Of a DNA stretch of 64,000 nt, positions 1 to 13,053 are shown piece after piece (positions within the stretch are counted from its first letter, which is position 1; each line of letters begins with the position of its first letter). The notes beneath the pieces are model-generated. The model was not told where the DNA came from and ran no database searches. It worked only from the letters and a program-made list of their open reading frames with translations. Location: contig JBEWZL010000098.1 of NCBI GenBank assembly GCA_045837725.1, positions 248,001-312,000 of the forward strand, given 5' to 3'. Source of the DNA: Vermamoeba vermiformis (taxonomy: Eukaryota). A program made the position numbers and the translations under genes.

Positions 1-993
1 TCAATACGGAGTTCTTAAATAAGCTGCGTCCTCGTCTGACGCAGTGGAATGCGACACAGCTGGTGGCAGATCTGGTGATTGAAGTGGTGCCCTCGCTCAA
101 ATACACCTACACGCAGTACGTCAACAACTACGACCAGGCCCTCAAGACCCTCAACTGGTGCATTCAGAAAGAAGACGCCTTCAATCACTTCCTCTCGGAG
201 CGCGAGATGGTCAGCACGGCCAGTCGCAACAACGCGCAGCACAAGGGCCCTCAGAGCGCGGGACTGTCGCTGCCTGCCTATCTCATCATGCCCGTGCAAC
301 GCCTGCCCAAGTACGAGCTGTTGTTGAGCGAGCTGTTGCGTCACACCGCTGAAGAGCACCCTGATCGCACCAATCTCGAACTCGCGCTGCAACAGATCCG
401 CGAGACCACGCAGTTTGTGAACGAGAACAAGCGCAATGCGGAGAACTTGTCGCGGCTGTTGTCGCTGCAGAATCAGATCAGCGACTGCATGGTATGTAGT
501 GAGAGGTGATTGGCCAGCACGTGATGGTACTAATTAGGCAATTGCCAAATATAGAATCTGTTCAGCACGGATCGCATGTTCATCCGCGAAGAGAACCTCA
601 AAGTGTACAACACGGTGGAGACCAAAGAGAAGGTGCGCCGCGTGTTCTTGTTCAACGACATGCTGCTCATCACGCGCCACAAGAAGTCGCGCCGCGCCAT
701 GCTCAAGTTCAAAGAGGCCGTGGCATTCAAAGACGTGCAGCGCATGGAAACACTAGGTAAGTCACGCGCCATCCTCTGTTTGACACCTGTCACTCACCTG
801 TCACGTGCCTGCAGACGAGACGAGCTTCAGAATGGTGGTGCCGTCCTTCACCGTGTTCACACTGGTCGCGCCGAGCAAAGAGTCGTGCGATCAGTTCTAT
901 CGCGAGGCAGTCGAGGCCCTGCATGCGTTCAAGAACAGCAACGGCACGAACAACAACGCGAGTAGTAGCACGACTAGTCCGCGCCCTAATTAA
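1..993 (+). CDS. RhoGEF (DH-PH domain) protein, 3' part; gene starts before the window
   Basis: DH signature LSLPAYLIMPVQRLPKYELLLSELLRHT...NENKR, then PH-like exons (FIREENL...RRVFLFNDMLLIT). GT-AG introns near 492-553 and 757-814; stop at 993. Confidence 0.9.
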
Positions 994-1203
994 CACTAGA
1001 GCGACCTTCTTATTTATTGAATTGTATCATAGCGTGTAATTAAACTGCGTTCTCAACGGTGAGAACAACATTCAAGTCACTCATTGTACGTGTCATAGGG
1101 ATACCTCGTGAGAATATAGTGCTAGTACAGGTCACAGTATTGTACTGAAGATCTAAGGACAGTCGTGCATCAAGCATATTTAATAATCTTAGTATTTATT
1201 ACG

Positions 1204-2741
1204 TCACACATTGGCCTCCTCGCCACTGCTCGACTTGACGAGAGTGCGCAAGAGATTGAGCTCGCGAATATAGACCTCATCTTCACCAGGGGTCTCGAGT
1301 ACTTTGGGCACGTGTTCTAAGCGCTTGTCGTTCATGATGGCAGTGAAGGTCGTCATATTTAACTTGCCCTTGCCGATGTTCTCGTGTCGATCCACTCGTC
1401 CCCCCTAACAATAGTGTCGGTCACTACAGATGTGTACATATATGCATTTATGTGTGCTCTATGTTACCAGTTCAGTCTTGGAATCGTTCAAGTGAATCGC
1501 TTTGAGTGCCGCGAGACCAATCACATCATCGAACTGGCGCATCATCTCCTCGTACTTGTCTTGCGTGCGAATGTCGTATCCAGCTGCGAAGGCGTGACAC
1601 CTGGCAGCGGAGTTAAATCGAGCGCTCATTGTTCGGTATTAACTTACGTGTCTAAACAGACTCCAATGCGTTCAGGAATGCGCTTTGATTTGTCCGCTGT
1701 GTTGGTTGATTTTTCTGCACCATCAGTATTGTCTTTGTCACTATTCTTAGTACTGTCGCTCTTCTCTTTAAGTTCAAACATCAGATCCATGATGCGGCGA
1801 ATGTGTTCAAATTTGTGGCCCATATTGGTGCCTTGACCGGCAGTATTCTCGAGTAATATCGCGCACTGACCAGGTACTTGTGCTAGTACTGTGTTCAGGC
1901 CCTGCGCAATCAACTTCAAACACGTCTCTTCGTCCTGTTACTGGATGTTGAGCGACAGTTATACAACGCTAGCACTTACTCCACCTGTTGAGGCACCTGG
2001 ATGCAATACTAAATATGGGATGCCTAATTGTTCGCACCGCTTGAGCTCGTCCACGAGGCCGTTAATGGACTTGTCGCGTACATCCGTTTTGTTGGAGCCT
2101 GTTGGTACATTAGCTTTCAATCAACCAAGCCACCGCAATCATACCGATATTGATCAGGTACGAGGCATGCACCATGACCTTCATCTTGCTCTTAGTCACT
2201 TCCTCTTTGAATTTAGCGGCATCGTTCGGCGCAATGTCTTTGGCAGTCCAGCTACGACCACTCTGCGGTGTGTTATTGACTGAGAATAGACCGTAATAGA
2301 GCGTACCTTGGTGAATATTTGAATAGCATTCGCGCCAATAGCCTTGCCATTAGCAATTGCTTTGTAGATGCCACCAGTGATAGACACGTGTGCTCCTATG
2401 AGAGCAGTGCGACCTTGCGCTACATCAGGCGATTAACAACAAATCATAAATGATATATTCACTAACCTGTAGTCTTTACATTCTGTGCCAAATCAGAAGT
2501 TGAGGACTTCAAGTTTTCGCGCTTGATCTGTTTTAAATAATTAAATAGGCCTCTAATTTATGATCGTTTATAAATAATTACTAGTGTGCTGTATTTTCTC
2601 CGAACGATAAGCCTTGATAATATTGAGCGGCCAAAATTAAATGAGCTGTGCATTGCGAACCTTTTTTGTGTCGCGATCTGCTTCGTCCTCAAGTTTCTGT
2701 TCAGCTTTTCTTTTATTATTTATCTTAGTGCGTTGTGACAT
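1204..2741 (-). CDS. APN1: AP endonuclease, endonuclease IV (Apn1/Nfo) family, multi-exon
   Basis: Spliced motifs [60 protein letters not shown] and VLETP; basic N-terminus from ATG 2741. Confidence 0.92.
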
Positions 2742-3198
2742 TCACCACTTGCAAATAAGTAACTTTGATGATTAAATTGCGCAGCTTTGTTTTGCTGCTG
2801 AAGCGCGAGACCACAAATGATTTCTTGGGACCGTAAAGAAGATAATAAGGACCTTTACAATTAATTGAATTCGTTCAAATATTGAATCAATAACGGTGTC
2901 TAATACTCGACAAACTCTGCAATCTGATCCAGATTCGATCAACGATGGCAATTTGAAGTAGCACTTAACATTTGGAGTCCTAATACCGCATATATTGATT
3001 CTACTTATTTTCAGCGAAACAACTGCACGAGTGAAGCACTAAACAAGAGAACCCAAACTCCCGCGCAAATTTGAGATTTCTTGCGTTTAAATTCACACAA
3101 CGGTCATCACCAAAATCTTGACTGTTTCCGTTTTTGTTTTCATTGTTCCGTACACACTTACATCCAAGCACCATACCTCGTGTATTTTTAGTACAATC

Positions 3199-5239
3199 AT
3201 GTCGATTTGGGAGGATAAAGAAAATTTGAATAATGCAGATGCGATGTCCATCTCACCGATGAAACACTCGCCTGTACCCAAGCTAAACCTCGCCCAATTT
3301 GGTGCGAAAGATAGAACGCCAAGCCCTATGAGTCGTAAGCGCAAAGAGCCTTTCACTCCTTCAAGGTACGTTGCAGAAATTTTTACGCAACGATTATGAT
3401 CTCTAAATTAATTGTTTCTTTGTAGCCCTATGAATATCTCTCCCGACAGACCTCAGAAGAAACAGCGCACGGGCAATGAGTCTGGTGTTTTCAAGCTCCC
3501 AAGCGGTCCTCTTAACTTCGACAGTCCCAAGGTACGATCGGATTGCAATTTTTAGCTTTAATTCGGGCAAAATACTCACTTAAGTTACATTACAGAAGGA
3601 TGAGCAATCATCGACTAAGAAAAAGAGAAAGTTCAAGAGCATATTGGTGTCCAAGTCCTCTAAACTGAGCATGATCCTAAAAAAAGGAAGCCAACAAGTC
3701 TTGAGCACGAAACAGACCGAGACCACTGAAGAGAAGAGGGATATTTACAATGTATTCGAGGAGATGCAAGTCGAGAAGGAGTACATGAAGGATCTGCCCT
3801 CTGCTCGCGGTACTAAAAAGGAAAAACGACCGACTTTGCGTACCTATCACTCGCTCTCGCAGATCAGCTCGTCAAAACCTGAAAAGATGGTGATTATCGT
3901 ACCCAGACCCTCGCCCGGAGCACAGCGTAAGATTTGTGATTTGATACAGCCGAGATCTACCGTGTACTAATAAGGAAAATAGTTTTTTCGAATGTTGTGC
4001 GTCCCTCGCAAGGCTGGACCCTCGAACTCGGTGATATGGCCGCATTGTTGGGCCAATCCATCACTGTTGAGCCTCATCCTCCTCACGCGCGCTACTTTAA
4101 CACGCACTTCTGGCAGAAACCGCACCAAAATTTTGTCGGACAAGATCCACGCCAAGGTCCTGTTGTGGTGTCAGTCATTCAAGCTGATGGCACAGGTCGC
4201 GCGATTGTACGCACTGGCACTGGCGAGACACGTCTTGAAGCCCCAGTACGACCTGGCGTGGTCAAAGGCCGTTCATTCCGTCCAGTATTGAAGTCTCTGC
4301 GTCCTGACATTGATGTCAAGTTGTTGACACGTGTCAAAGATCAACAGCTGTCAAATGAACTCAAGAAGTACGAAGACGATCAATTGATCACCAAGTTCAA
4401 GTTCGGTGTGCTCTATGTGCGCGAGGGTCAGACCCACGAAGATGACATGTTCGCTAACTGTAAGTGACACCTGTCAATCTCAAACCCGCACTAACAGACG
4501 TCAAATAGCTGAGCCTAGTGTGCAATTCTACGAATTCTTATCTCTGCTCGGTGATCGTGTCGCTCTCAAAGGCTTCTTGGGCTACACTGGTGGTCTCGAC
4601 ACCACTCGTAAGTCACTAGTGACTCGTTCACTGAACTGCATCACTCACATTCTATATTAGGCAATGCTACGGGCACGCACTCGTTCTACACCAAGTGGAA
4701 TGAGCTCGAGATTATGTTCCACGTAGCGCCCATGTTGCCGTACAATGCCTCTGATCGTCAACAGCTCGAGCGCAAGCGTCACTTGGGCAACGACATTGTG
4801 GTGCTAGTGTTTGTGGACAGCAACAGCACGTACGATCCTGCTACCATCAAGTCGCACTTCAATCACGTCGTGTTTGTCGTGCAGCCTGAGCTCAGCGGTG
4901 GAGTAACGCGCTACAAGTAAGAGAGCAGTATTATTTAGTGCTATACCATGGTACCAATCAAGTCGCAAACAGGATCCAAGTCGCGCGCAAGAATTCAGTG
5001 CCCGAGTTTGGTCCTAGCCTCGTGTACCCTCCTATCTTCGAGCGTGGTCTGTCATTCCGCAACTTCTTGTTGACCAAGCGTATGTTGTTGTTGTATTATA
5101 TTCGATATTTACGCTAACTCATCGCTTGGTAGTAATCAATGCTGAACGCGCTGCCTATGAAGCAGATGAGCTCAGAACAAAATTGAATCGTACTCGTGAG
5201 GGCTTTTTGACCTACTGGAACCAAACTTACGGCAAGTAA
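3199..5239 (+). CDS. Rap GTPase-activating protein (RapGAP domain) with disordered N-terminus
   Basis: FKFGVLYVREGQT, GYTGGLDT, IMFHVAPMLP, QQLERKRHLGNDIV (Asn-thumb motif) and SHFNHV. The intron at about 3928-3982 joins the N-terminal ORFs in frame. Confidence 0.9.
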
Positions 5240-5473
5240 CCAGCCTTAGTCAATTTTGAGCGAGTCGTAATAGGACTCATGTGTATAAGACAAACTAGCT
5301 TTAAGTAGCTATTTGTCGTTGTTTGTAAATATCGTAATAAGTAAAGTGTTAATACCAACAAGCACCTTCTGTTGCTACATAATATGTGGTATTGCCAAAT
5401 ATAGACGCAATAATATTCTTTAAAGTTTGCGTCAGTTCAATTTCAAAAAGATTTTCTGTGCTGATCACCACAC

Positions 5474-7187
5474 ATGACGGAGAGTCCAAAGAGCCGCAGT
5501 CCTAGGACTCCTGTCTCGGGACTGAAGCTCGATAATATTAGAAAATCACTCACTATCTCTTCTGGCTCACCAAGGTCACCGCGCCAAGACACAAATCTAA
5601 CCAACAGCTGGTACGATCAGATCTTCTCTTGGGGTTATGGACTTGAAGGCACATTAGGACAGGGCGAGGCAGTAAACAATCCAAATGCGCGAGTAATTGA
5701 AGGCCTTTCGACCGTTTGTAAATTTACGAAAATCTCATCTGGATTCTATCACTGCTTGGCGCTGACAGGTAATTTAATTATAATCGTTTAAATAGATAAG
5801 ATTTTGTGAGTCTTTCTTTTCTTATGTTGGATCGGCCCGCAATAAATCACACAAATTTCGGCGCTAAAAATATCCTCCACATTATGTCGCGTCAAACAAT
5901 AAATTAACTGTTCAATAGACGAGGGACGAATATACACGTGGGGCCGTGGTGAGAACGGTCGATTGGGTCACAACGATCATGTGACTCGCTTTCGGCCCAA
6001 GCTGCTCGAGATTGACGGTGACAGCACGCTGAACCGCTTTGACGACGTGTCAGGCGGCAGTCACCACTCGCTCGCCGTGTCCAAGACTGGCCAGCTCTGG
6101 GCTTGGGGCTCGGGCTGGTCCGGTCAGCTCGGCATTGGTGAGCGCGGTGACTCTGCTGTGCCGCGCATGCTGCCCAACTTCACCGCGACACGTGTCATTG
6201 CAGTGGCTGCAGGCTATCACCACAGCTTGGCGGTGACAGGTGCGTGACAGGAGCTATTTTTAGCACCACTAATTCAGTGAACCAGAGAACGGCACAGTGT
6301 GGGCGTGGGGCACAGGAGAGCTCGGTCAGCTCGGCCTCGGCGATGTCAGACAGACCTTCAAGCCACTGCCCCTCTCTGACGCGCGTGTCAAGTTCCGTAC
6401 TGTGGCAGCATCGGAATTTCATTCAGCCGCTCTCACAGTGGACGGGGCACTGTACACGTGGGGCAGTGGCGAGTCAGGGCAGCTAGGACTCGGTGCTGGT
6501 CTCACTGAAGCACACACTCCGCAGCTCGTGGCCACACCTGACCTGTCATTCACGCAGGTGGCACTCGGTGTCAGTGCGACACTGCTCTTGTCCAGTACGT
6601 AGTTTGACACCTGTCATCCTGTCACACTAACACCCTCGCAGCGAAAGGTACACTGTATTTTTGTGGTCGTGAACTCGCCCCGACTAGTGGTTCATCGATG
6701 CCGTGTCACTTTGGAGTTATTCCGCTGCAGCCTGTCAATGTCAAATTTACGCAAGTGGCGCTCAAAAACACGCACGCACTAGCTCTGAGTGTAGATGGCA
6801 AGGTCTATTCAATGGGTCTGAATACTTATGGCCAGTTAGGACGTGAGGGGTGAGTAATTCAATCAAGCACAATCACACCCGTAGCTGCTAATAACACCGC
6901 TCAGGCCTGAAGCACAATTCACTGAAGTCACTCTCGAGCACTTCAGATTCAAACACATTGCTGCAGGGGCCAATCACTCGCTGGCAATAGCAATATCAGT
7001 GCCCAGTGCGCCACTCAACTCACCTGAACGGACCAATCAGATGCGTGCTCGGCTCAATGAGTATTCGCGCGAACTGGCTGAGATCCGTGAACAAAAAGAG
7101 CGGTTGAAGCGACGTGAGAAAGAACTCCTTGCTCGCTGCACTGAGATGCAGAGGGAAATTGACGCTCAAAACAATCGAAACAAATAA
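5474..7187 (+). CDS. RCC1-repeat beta-propeller protein with C-terminal coiled coil (paralog A)
   Basis: Repeated WG.G..GQLG / AAG.HHSLA units (SWGYGLEGTLG, TWGRGENGRLG, WGSGWSGQLG, WGTGELGQLG, WGSGESGQLG); heptad-rich tail. Confidence 0.9.
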
Positions 7188-7432
7188 TGTATCATTCTTG
7201 TATTATAAAATGCGCATGTAAACAACTATTAGCTTTTAGGACGAATTCTGTTTGATTGCGCTATGTACCAACAAAAAAGAAGGCCAAGGAGACCGCAAGT
7301 ATTGTCGACATGCCCAGGCAAAAAGAGTCGGTCTGCCAGCGAATCCAATAAGATGATGAACACTCAGTCATTTACTGAAAACGGTTCGCCAGTTAAGTGT
7401 CTCGTGGAAGGAAAACTGGACAAGACGCAAGA

Positions 7433-7527
7433 GAACAGTATCGTCTTGAGCGAGAGGTTTGATATTCAAGGTTCTGATACTTGAAGAAATTCATCGACGG
7501 ATCCAGTAAGTGTTATTGTTTCTCGGA
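7433..7527 (-). pseudogene. Decayed fragment of a phospholipase D C-terminus
   Basis: Aligns by eye to 26410-26503 (shared AGAGGTTTGATATTCAAG, TTCTGATA, TTGAAGAA, GATCCA). Translates SEKQ*HLLDPSMNFFKYQN versus PLD SEIKGFLVDLPMKFFKYQN, with a 1-bp insertion after YQN. Confidence 0.75.
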
Positions 7528-10022
7528 GATAGGACCTATTGACACTCGTGAGCCACTCGTGTTGTTGTTGAGTTTGGTCATCAACATGGAGAGGTACATC
7601 TTCAGACTGTTTTCAATGTCTGACATGTCTTGCTTCAGTTTGGTTTCTTTCTTCAGTATTTCTTCTTTTTGTTTCAATAACTTTTGCTCTGCTTTCAAGG
7701 CCTCGTGTTGCTTGGCCATCAAATCATTGATCTTATTTTGAATCTCTGCATTGGTCATAATTTCACCTTTGGAGTGCTGTTTGCTTGATCTCTTGCTCGA
7801 ACTGTCTTCTAATCGAGGCTGTGTGGGTAACAATAAGACTTATGAATATAAACTAGCACTACAACGGAACTTACTCTACTTGTACGTGAGCCTGAATCCT
7901 CAAGTTTGGACCTCGAACGCTTCTTTTCACGTTTATCTTTGTCTTTTTTGGTTCCCGATGACTCGAGGTCCGTGTCCGCTGAGCGTGGACTGGACGCTTC
8001 AACGGTGTAACTTCTGTCACGGCCCTTTGACTGCGTGGCCTCAGTGCTGCTCTCCAACATGGCAAGGACTAATTGCTGCGAGCGGATGCGTGATTGAGGT
8101 GTGGCAGGTGAGCTCGGTGCAGACTTGGAGACACTGACTGGCGTGGAGATTTGTGAAGTCGAGCTCGAGAGTGAAGGCGAGCCCTGGCTCTGCGAGACCT
8201 TGTTTGAGAGTTCGAGAGGGACTTTGGCCAATGCGAGTGAGTGATTGCCACCAGCTGACACTTGCAACACCGTCACACCTTGCGCACCGAAATACGAACT
8301 GCTCACTGGTCGTGGAATCAAATCTCCTTCACTGTTCGAGGTTTAAATAAGCATTCTGTAGTGTATTATTGCGATGCTCTTACCCTTCATATCCTAGCTG
8401 ACCTACGGTATTGTGGCCCCAGCTGTAAATGGTCGAGTCTTCTGACAACAACAGCACGTGATTGTTCTTGGCACTGACTTGAACAAACCGCAGATGACCA
8501 GCGCTTTCCATTTTAGTAAATTCGTAATTGAACTGTGACCGTTCGCGCAATTGACGACCGGCAGTGTAAAGATGTCCGTCATTGCACAGCGCGACGGAGA
8601 GATAAGCACCCGCAGCCACAGCTTTGAATGCGTTGGCATTGCCGCGCACCAGGACAGGCGTTGGTACAGAGACCTGTTTGTTGTCTTGGCCCAGACCTAA
8701 TTCGCCGAACTCACCCCAGCCCCACGCGTAGATCTTGCCGTCAGCTGGGTAATGTTAATACAGCGGATAACAATTGACTTGTAATTACGTACTCGATAGT
8801 GCAAGACTGTGATATTCACTCGCCGACACTTGTTTGAATGTAATTTCTTTGACAGCACTGATGGCACGAGGTTTTGACACTCGTTTTTTCTCGCTGTGAC
8901 CCAGCTGGCCGTGCTCGCCAAATCCCCACGAGTACAACTTGCCACTCTCTGCAGCGAGTTAGTATTGATTTGATTGTAACACTGTATTGCAAGTCTTACC
9001 AGTGATGGCGAGTGAGTGGTGAAAGCCAGCAGCAGCAGTCGCAAATCGTGTCTCAGCGTCGTTTTTGAGCGACTCTTTGAGACTGCGTCGCTTGTCTAGG
9101 TCACTCGTTTGCAACGCACTGCTGCGCGACAGAATTGTTTTGTTGCCAACGACAGCATTAGAACTCGTTGAGCGTGCAGCAGAGGAGTTCAATATCAACA
9201 TGGGTCGCTTAATGTCGTCAGTGGTGTTGTGGCCTAGTGTCGCGTGTGAGTGACATGTAATGTGGTGGCTAACAGACACGTACCTAATTGACCGCTCCAG
9301 CCACTACCCCACGAGTACAAATTGCCCTCTGTGACATGTCTTAGTATCGATACTCGATAATAGAGCGATATTAATTATTACCTGAGTCAATTGCGACGTT
9401 GTGGTGGTAACCGGCAGACACGACACGAAATTTGATGCCATCAATAGGCACTACTTCTGTTTCGGCTTGTTGAAATTCGATTGCTTTGGGTCTAAATTGG
9501 TCATTATTAATTAACGGCATTTAAAAAAATTGTTAATCATCAAAGACAAAATCACACTTTCAATAGATCACGCAAATATCTTGAACTTTAAATCAATTAA
9601 CCGAAATATACCTAAATCGAGTGAGTACATCGCCGTGTCCAAGTCTTCCGTTCTCTCCACGGCCCCATGAATATAACTTGCCATCGACTAATCAGGCAAT
9701 CAATCGGTTAATTAGATATTGGTAAAATTTAATAACGCGATTTTTTAAATTCAGTAAAATTGAATTTAAAAATTACAGTACGCTAAGTATTAATACCTGA
9801 AATAGCAACGGAGTGGTAAAGACCAGCAGAAACGGATGTAAAATTAATATTGTCAAATCCACCAATCATTACGGGTGATGTGGAGTTAGTTGATTCTCCA
9901 TGACCTAGTGTACCTTCTTTTCCTTCTCCCCACGCGAAAATTTTGCTTATTTGGTGAAGGTCCAATAACAAGCTCGCGCCAGATGTCTTAGTCACGAGTT
10001 TATCCTTGCGAGGCGAGTCCAT
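7513..10022 (-). CDS. RCC1-repeat protein with Ser-rich linker and C-terminal coiled coil (paralog B)
   Basis: AWGEGKEGTLGHG, SWGRGENGRLGHG, SWGSGWSGQL, SWGFGEHGQLG, AWGWGEFGELG and SWGHNTVGQLG repeats; tail KQHEALKAEQKLLKQKEE; stop at 7513. Confidence 0.88.
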
Positions 10023-10284
10023 TTATGATAGATATACAGATATATAATAATTTAGAGTGCAACTGCCATGGTATGTAATAAATAAAATAAATAGAATAAA
10101 AATAATCCGCTGTCATTGTAACCAAAATCTTTGGATGTGAACTATTTTTAGCGAATTATTTTTCAAAGGCGAAAGCTGTTGATACTCAGTTAAAGTGCCA
10201 GTCGACGATATCAATCAATGGATTTTATGAATTTACAGTTGGGAATAATAGGCGCAATGCCAGTTTTCCTTTCATGGAAACAAT

Positions 10285-12589
10285 TTAATATTCGACGTTG
10301 TACTTAGTGAATCCCTCAAAGTCAGAGTCAGACTCGTTCAAAATAGGACCACCAATGATACCGCGGTCAGGGAAGGTCGACTTGGGTGCCAAAATAGCGC
10401 GGATGTACCACAGATCGGAGAAGAGTCTGTAGTTAGCAGTGTTGTCGAGGTAGTGCACACCTGATGAGCCACCAGTGCCGCGACGACGACCAATCATCAG
10501 CTCTACCATGCGCGCGTGACGATGACGCCACAGCAAGAGTGCTTGTTCGAGGGCCACTGCGCCTGAAATCAATTCACTGAACTTGGCCCAGCCCTGCGTC
10601 CATCTGCAGTACTTGTAAGCCACTTGCCATAAAAGGAAATGCAATACTCACCGATTGGTCATGATGTACAACACTGCCTTGCGTGCCTCGCCAATGGTGT
10701 AAGTTGAAGTTGAGAAGCTGGGCAAGGGGTCTTTGCAGGCAAAGAAGGATGAAATTTCATCTTTCTCACCGATCACGTGACTGCGTCGAAGCTCGTTGTT
10801 CTCGAGTTTGAATTTGAGTGACTCAATCTCAGCCTGACGCATGTGATTGACCAACACCACAAAGCTGTCGACTTCGAGCTTTTCATTGCCGCGCGAAGTC
10901 ATCAATTGCACGAGTAATTTCTGTCACGCGATGAGATTGGTGAACATTACAAGGTCTAATGCACGGTATCTGCTACTTACATCGAGTTCAACTTCAAAGC
11001 CCAGTTTGAAGAGCAAGACCTTGAGCTCTACGATGGCAGACTTGATGGTCTTAGTGTCTGCTGTACCAAATGCGGCATTGAATTCGTTGCGCAGTGTTCT
11101 AGAGCGGACAGGTCAGTAACAATGGCACGACAACTGTGACAGTCAAACGTACTCGTCAGTCAAGCCAGAGAGGCGAGCAATCAAGTCCTTGTAGAGCTTT
11201 TCTTTCTCGTCAAATTGAATCAACTTCTGTTCGTATTGATTTTGTCGCTTGCCCAAGAAGAGTGTCACAAAGTGTTCCACGCCAGGGATGTCCAGTGCTG
11301 CGAGCCACGAGTACAGTGTCAATTTGAGCGAGGGCTGTTGTTGACGCTTGTCAAGTCTAGTCAACAGGTCGTATTCTTTTTCATAGGGGTTCTGGTGCAT
11401 ATTAGCGAACTGTTTGGGCCATCAGATGGATATATTATTACCTCGCCCCAAGTGCATTTGCCGGCAGTGCCAGCATGAGGATCCTTCTTCATCTCATCGC
11501 GCGGACATTTGCCTTCTCTCGGAGTTTTGTCTTTTTCAGTCTCGAATTGAGCGCGGTACGATTGATCGTCGAGTTGGATGCGCTCTTCGTCTTTGAGACC
11601 CAGCATGATCTCCATCTCGCGCATTTGAGCACTTTGGAAACCGCTGGCAGGAATCAAATAGTCGCGGAATTCTAAAAAGTCAGCTGGTTCCTAATAATAG
11701 AATGAGCATCTTGTACAAAGGGTGGCACAACCGGCTGTAATTACCATTGTTTCCATAGCCTCAAAGCCATGAGCTAATTATACATCAGTAAATATATTTG
11801 CAACAGATTGGACGCCATCACTTACTGGCGATACGTAAGACGGATTCAGCACGTTTCAATCGGTGTACTAAGAGGTGGACTAGAGTATCTCTTTCGTAGT
11901 CTTGATAGACGTCCTCGTGGCTATTAATTTTGAATAGGTTCTTATTGATTCCTTGATTGATCATCGCAGTCATAGTGTTACGGATCCAATCCAACTCGAA
12001 CAAGATCTGCAACACAAATTAGGACATTATTTAATTGCCCTGCCGGCACTTACCTGCTTAAACCATAATTCAAAGGCTTGGTGCACTACAATAAATAAAT
12101 GTTCGTCGTGGTGGTTAAGGCCAAGTCCTTCGCGACCTCGTTGAAGCTTGATCAACTCATCTGGCAGAATGTATTTCCAATAAGAGTTGGGCTCGTGGTA
12201 TCTTTTCTCAATATCCTTTTGTTTGCTTGCTATAATGTAAAAATCGTTTAGATTGTTGTTCTAGAAGATCGTTCAGTGAAACAGATCGCAATAGAGATTT
12301 TGGATTGAAATGACCTTTAAATTGTAGACAATAAATTAAAATTTAATACACGAAGCGCGAATCGTTGCTGATTGTTACAATTTAATTAATGAATTTTCGA
12401 AGATTCTAAAAATTGAATCTGGAGTGGGAATTATGCGGCCAAAGCAAGTTAAATAGACTTACATCCAAGGGGTACTTCGGCACCGAGAGAGATTTCGGCC
12501 GACAAGAGTTGCTCGGGCTTAGGCGGTAATGTAACTGCTGGATCTTGCTTGGCCAAGTAATCAGCCTGTGATTTAGAGTACTCTGACAT
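10285..12589 (-). CDS. TDO2: Tryptophan 2,3-dioxygenase with a large internal insertion
   Basis: HHDEHLFIVVHQAFELWFKQ, FLEFRDYLIPASGFQSAQMR and WRHRHARMVELMIGRRRGTGGSSGVHYL. Confidence 0.93.
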
Positions 12590-13053
12590 GATACACTATG
12601 ATAATACTATACAAGGGCGTTAAATGTAGGATCAAATTACCGAACTTCGTCGTTTGTGGTCGTTTTGCACGAAGAGGTTTTTTGATTGTTTTTTGACACG
12701 GAGCCCAAAACAACAAACGAAATCTTAGGCCTAATAAATGAAGTAATTGGTACAAACCTCCACCAAGATCCGTTTGTTCTCCGCCCCGTTAGGCCTGCTA
12801 CGGCAAGAAAGTATTTCATTTCTGTTCACGGTAAGAACACAAGGCATAGAAATAATATTGAGTTGGCTGTATTATTTAATTTATAAGAGGCGGTTACCGT
12901 ATTATGAAAATTTGCAGCGAGGAAAAAACGTTGATCTTACAATTATTAATAATAATAGTTATCGTTAATAATTAACTTTCTCAATAATATTGTTATTATG
13001 TGCATATTGAATGATTAATATTAGGTCAGAGGCTAAGTTTTGAAACGACTTTG

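Noticed and set aside
15-392. Numerous antisense or alternate-frame ORFs in the ORF track (e.g. 15-392, 1384-1836, 48343-48723, 48806-49288)
   Set aside because: They overlap well-supported spliced genes on the other strand or frame and have no recognisable motifs.
7263-7484. 73-aa plus-strand ORF between the RCC1 genes
   Set aside because: No motif; it lies in convergent 3' UTRs and partly antisense to the PLD relic.
12210-12220. ATATCCTTTT resembling a U12 donor
   Set aside because: It is antisense to TDO coding sequence (KDIEK) with no matching gene or branch point; 5870 and 14827 were rejected because they are not at exon junctions.
12686-13020. Possible extra 5' exons of the Crinkler-like gene
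   Set aside because: No ATG-initiated, frame-consistent splice path could be built by hand.
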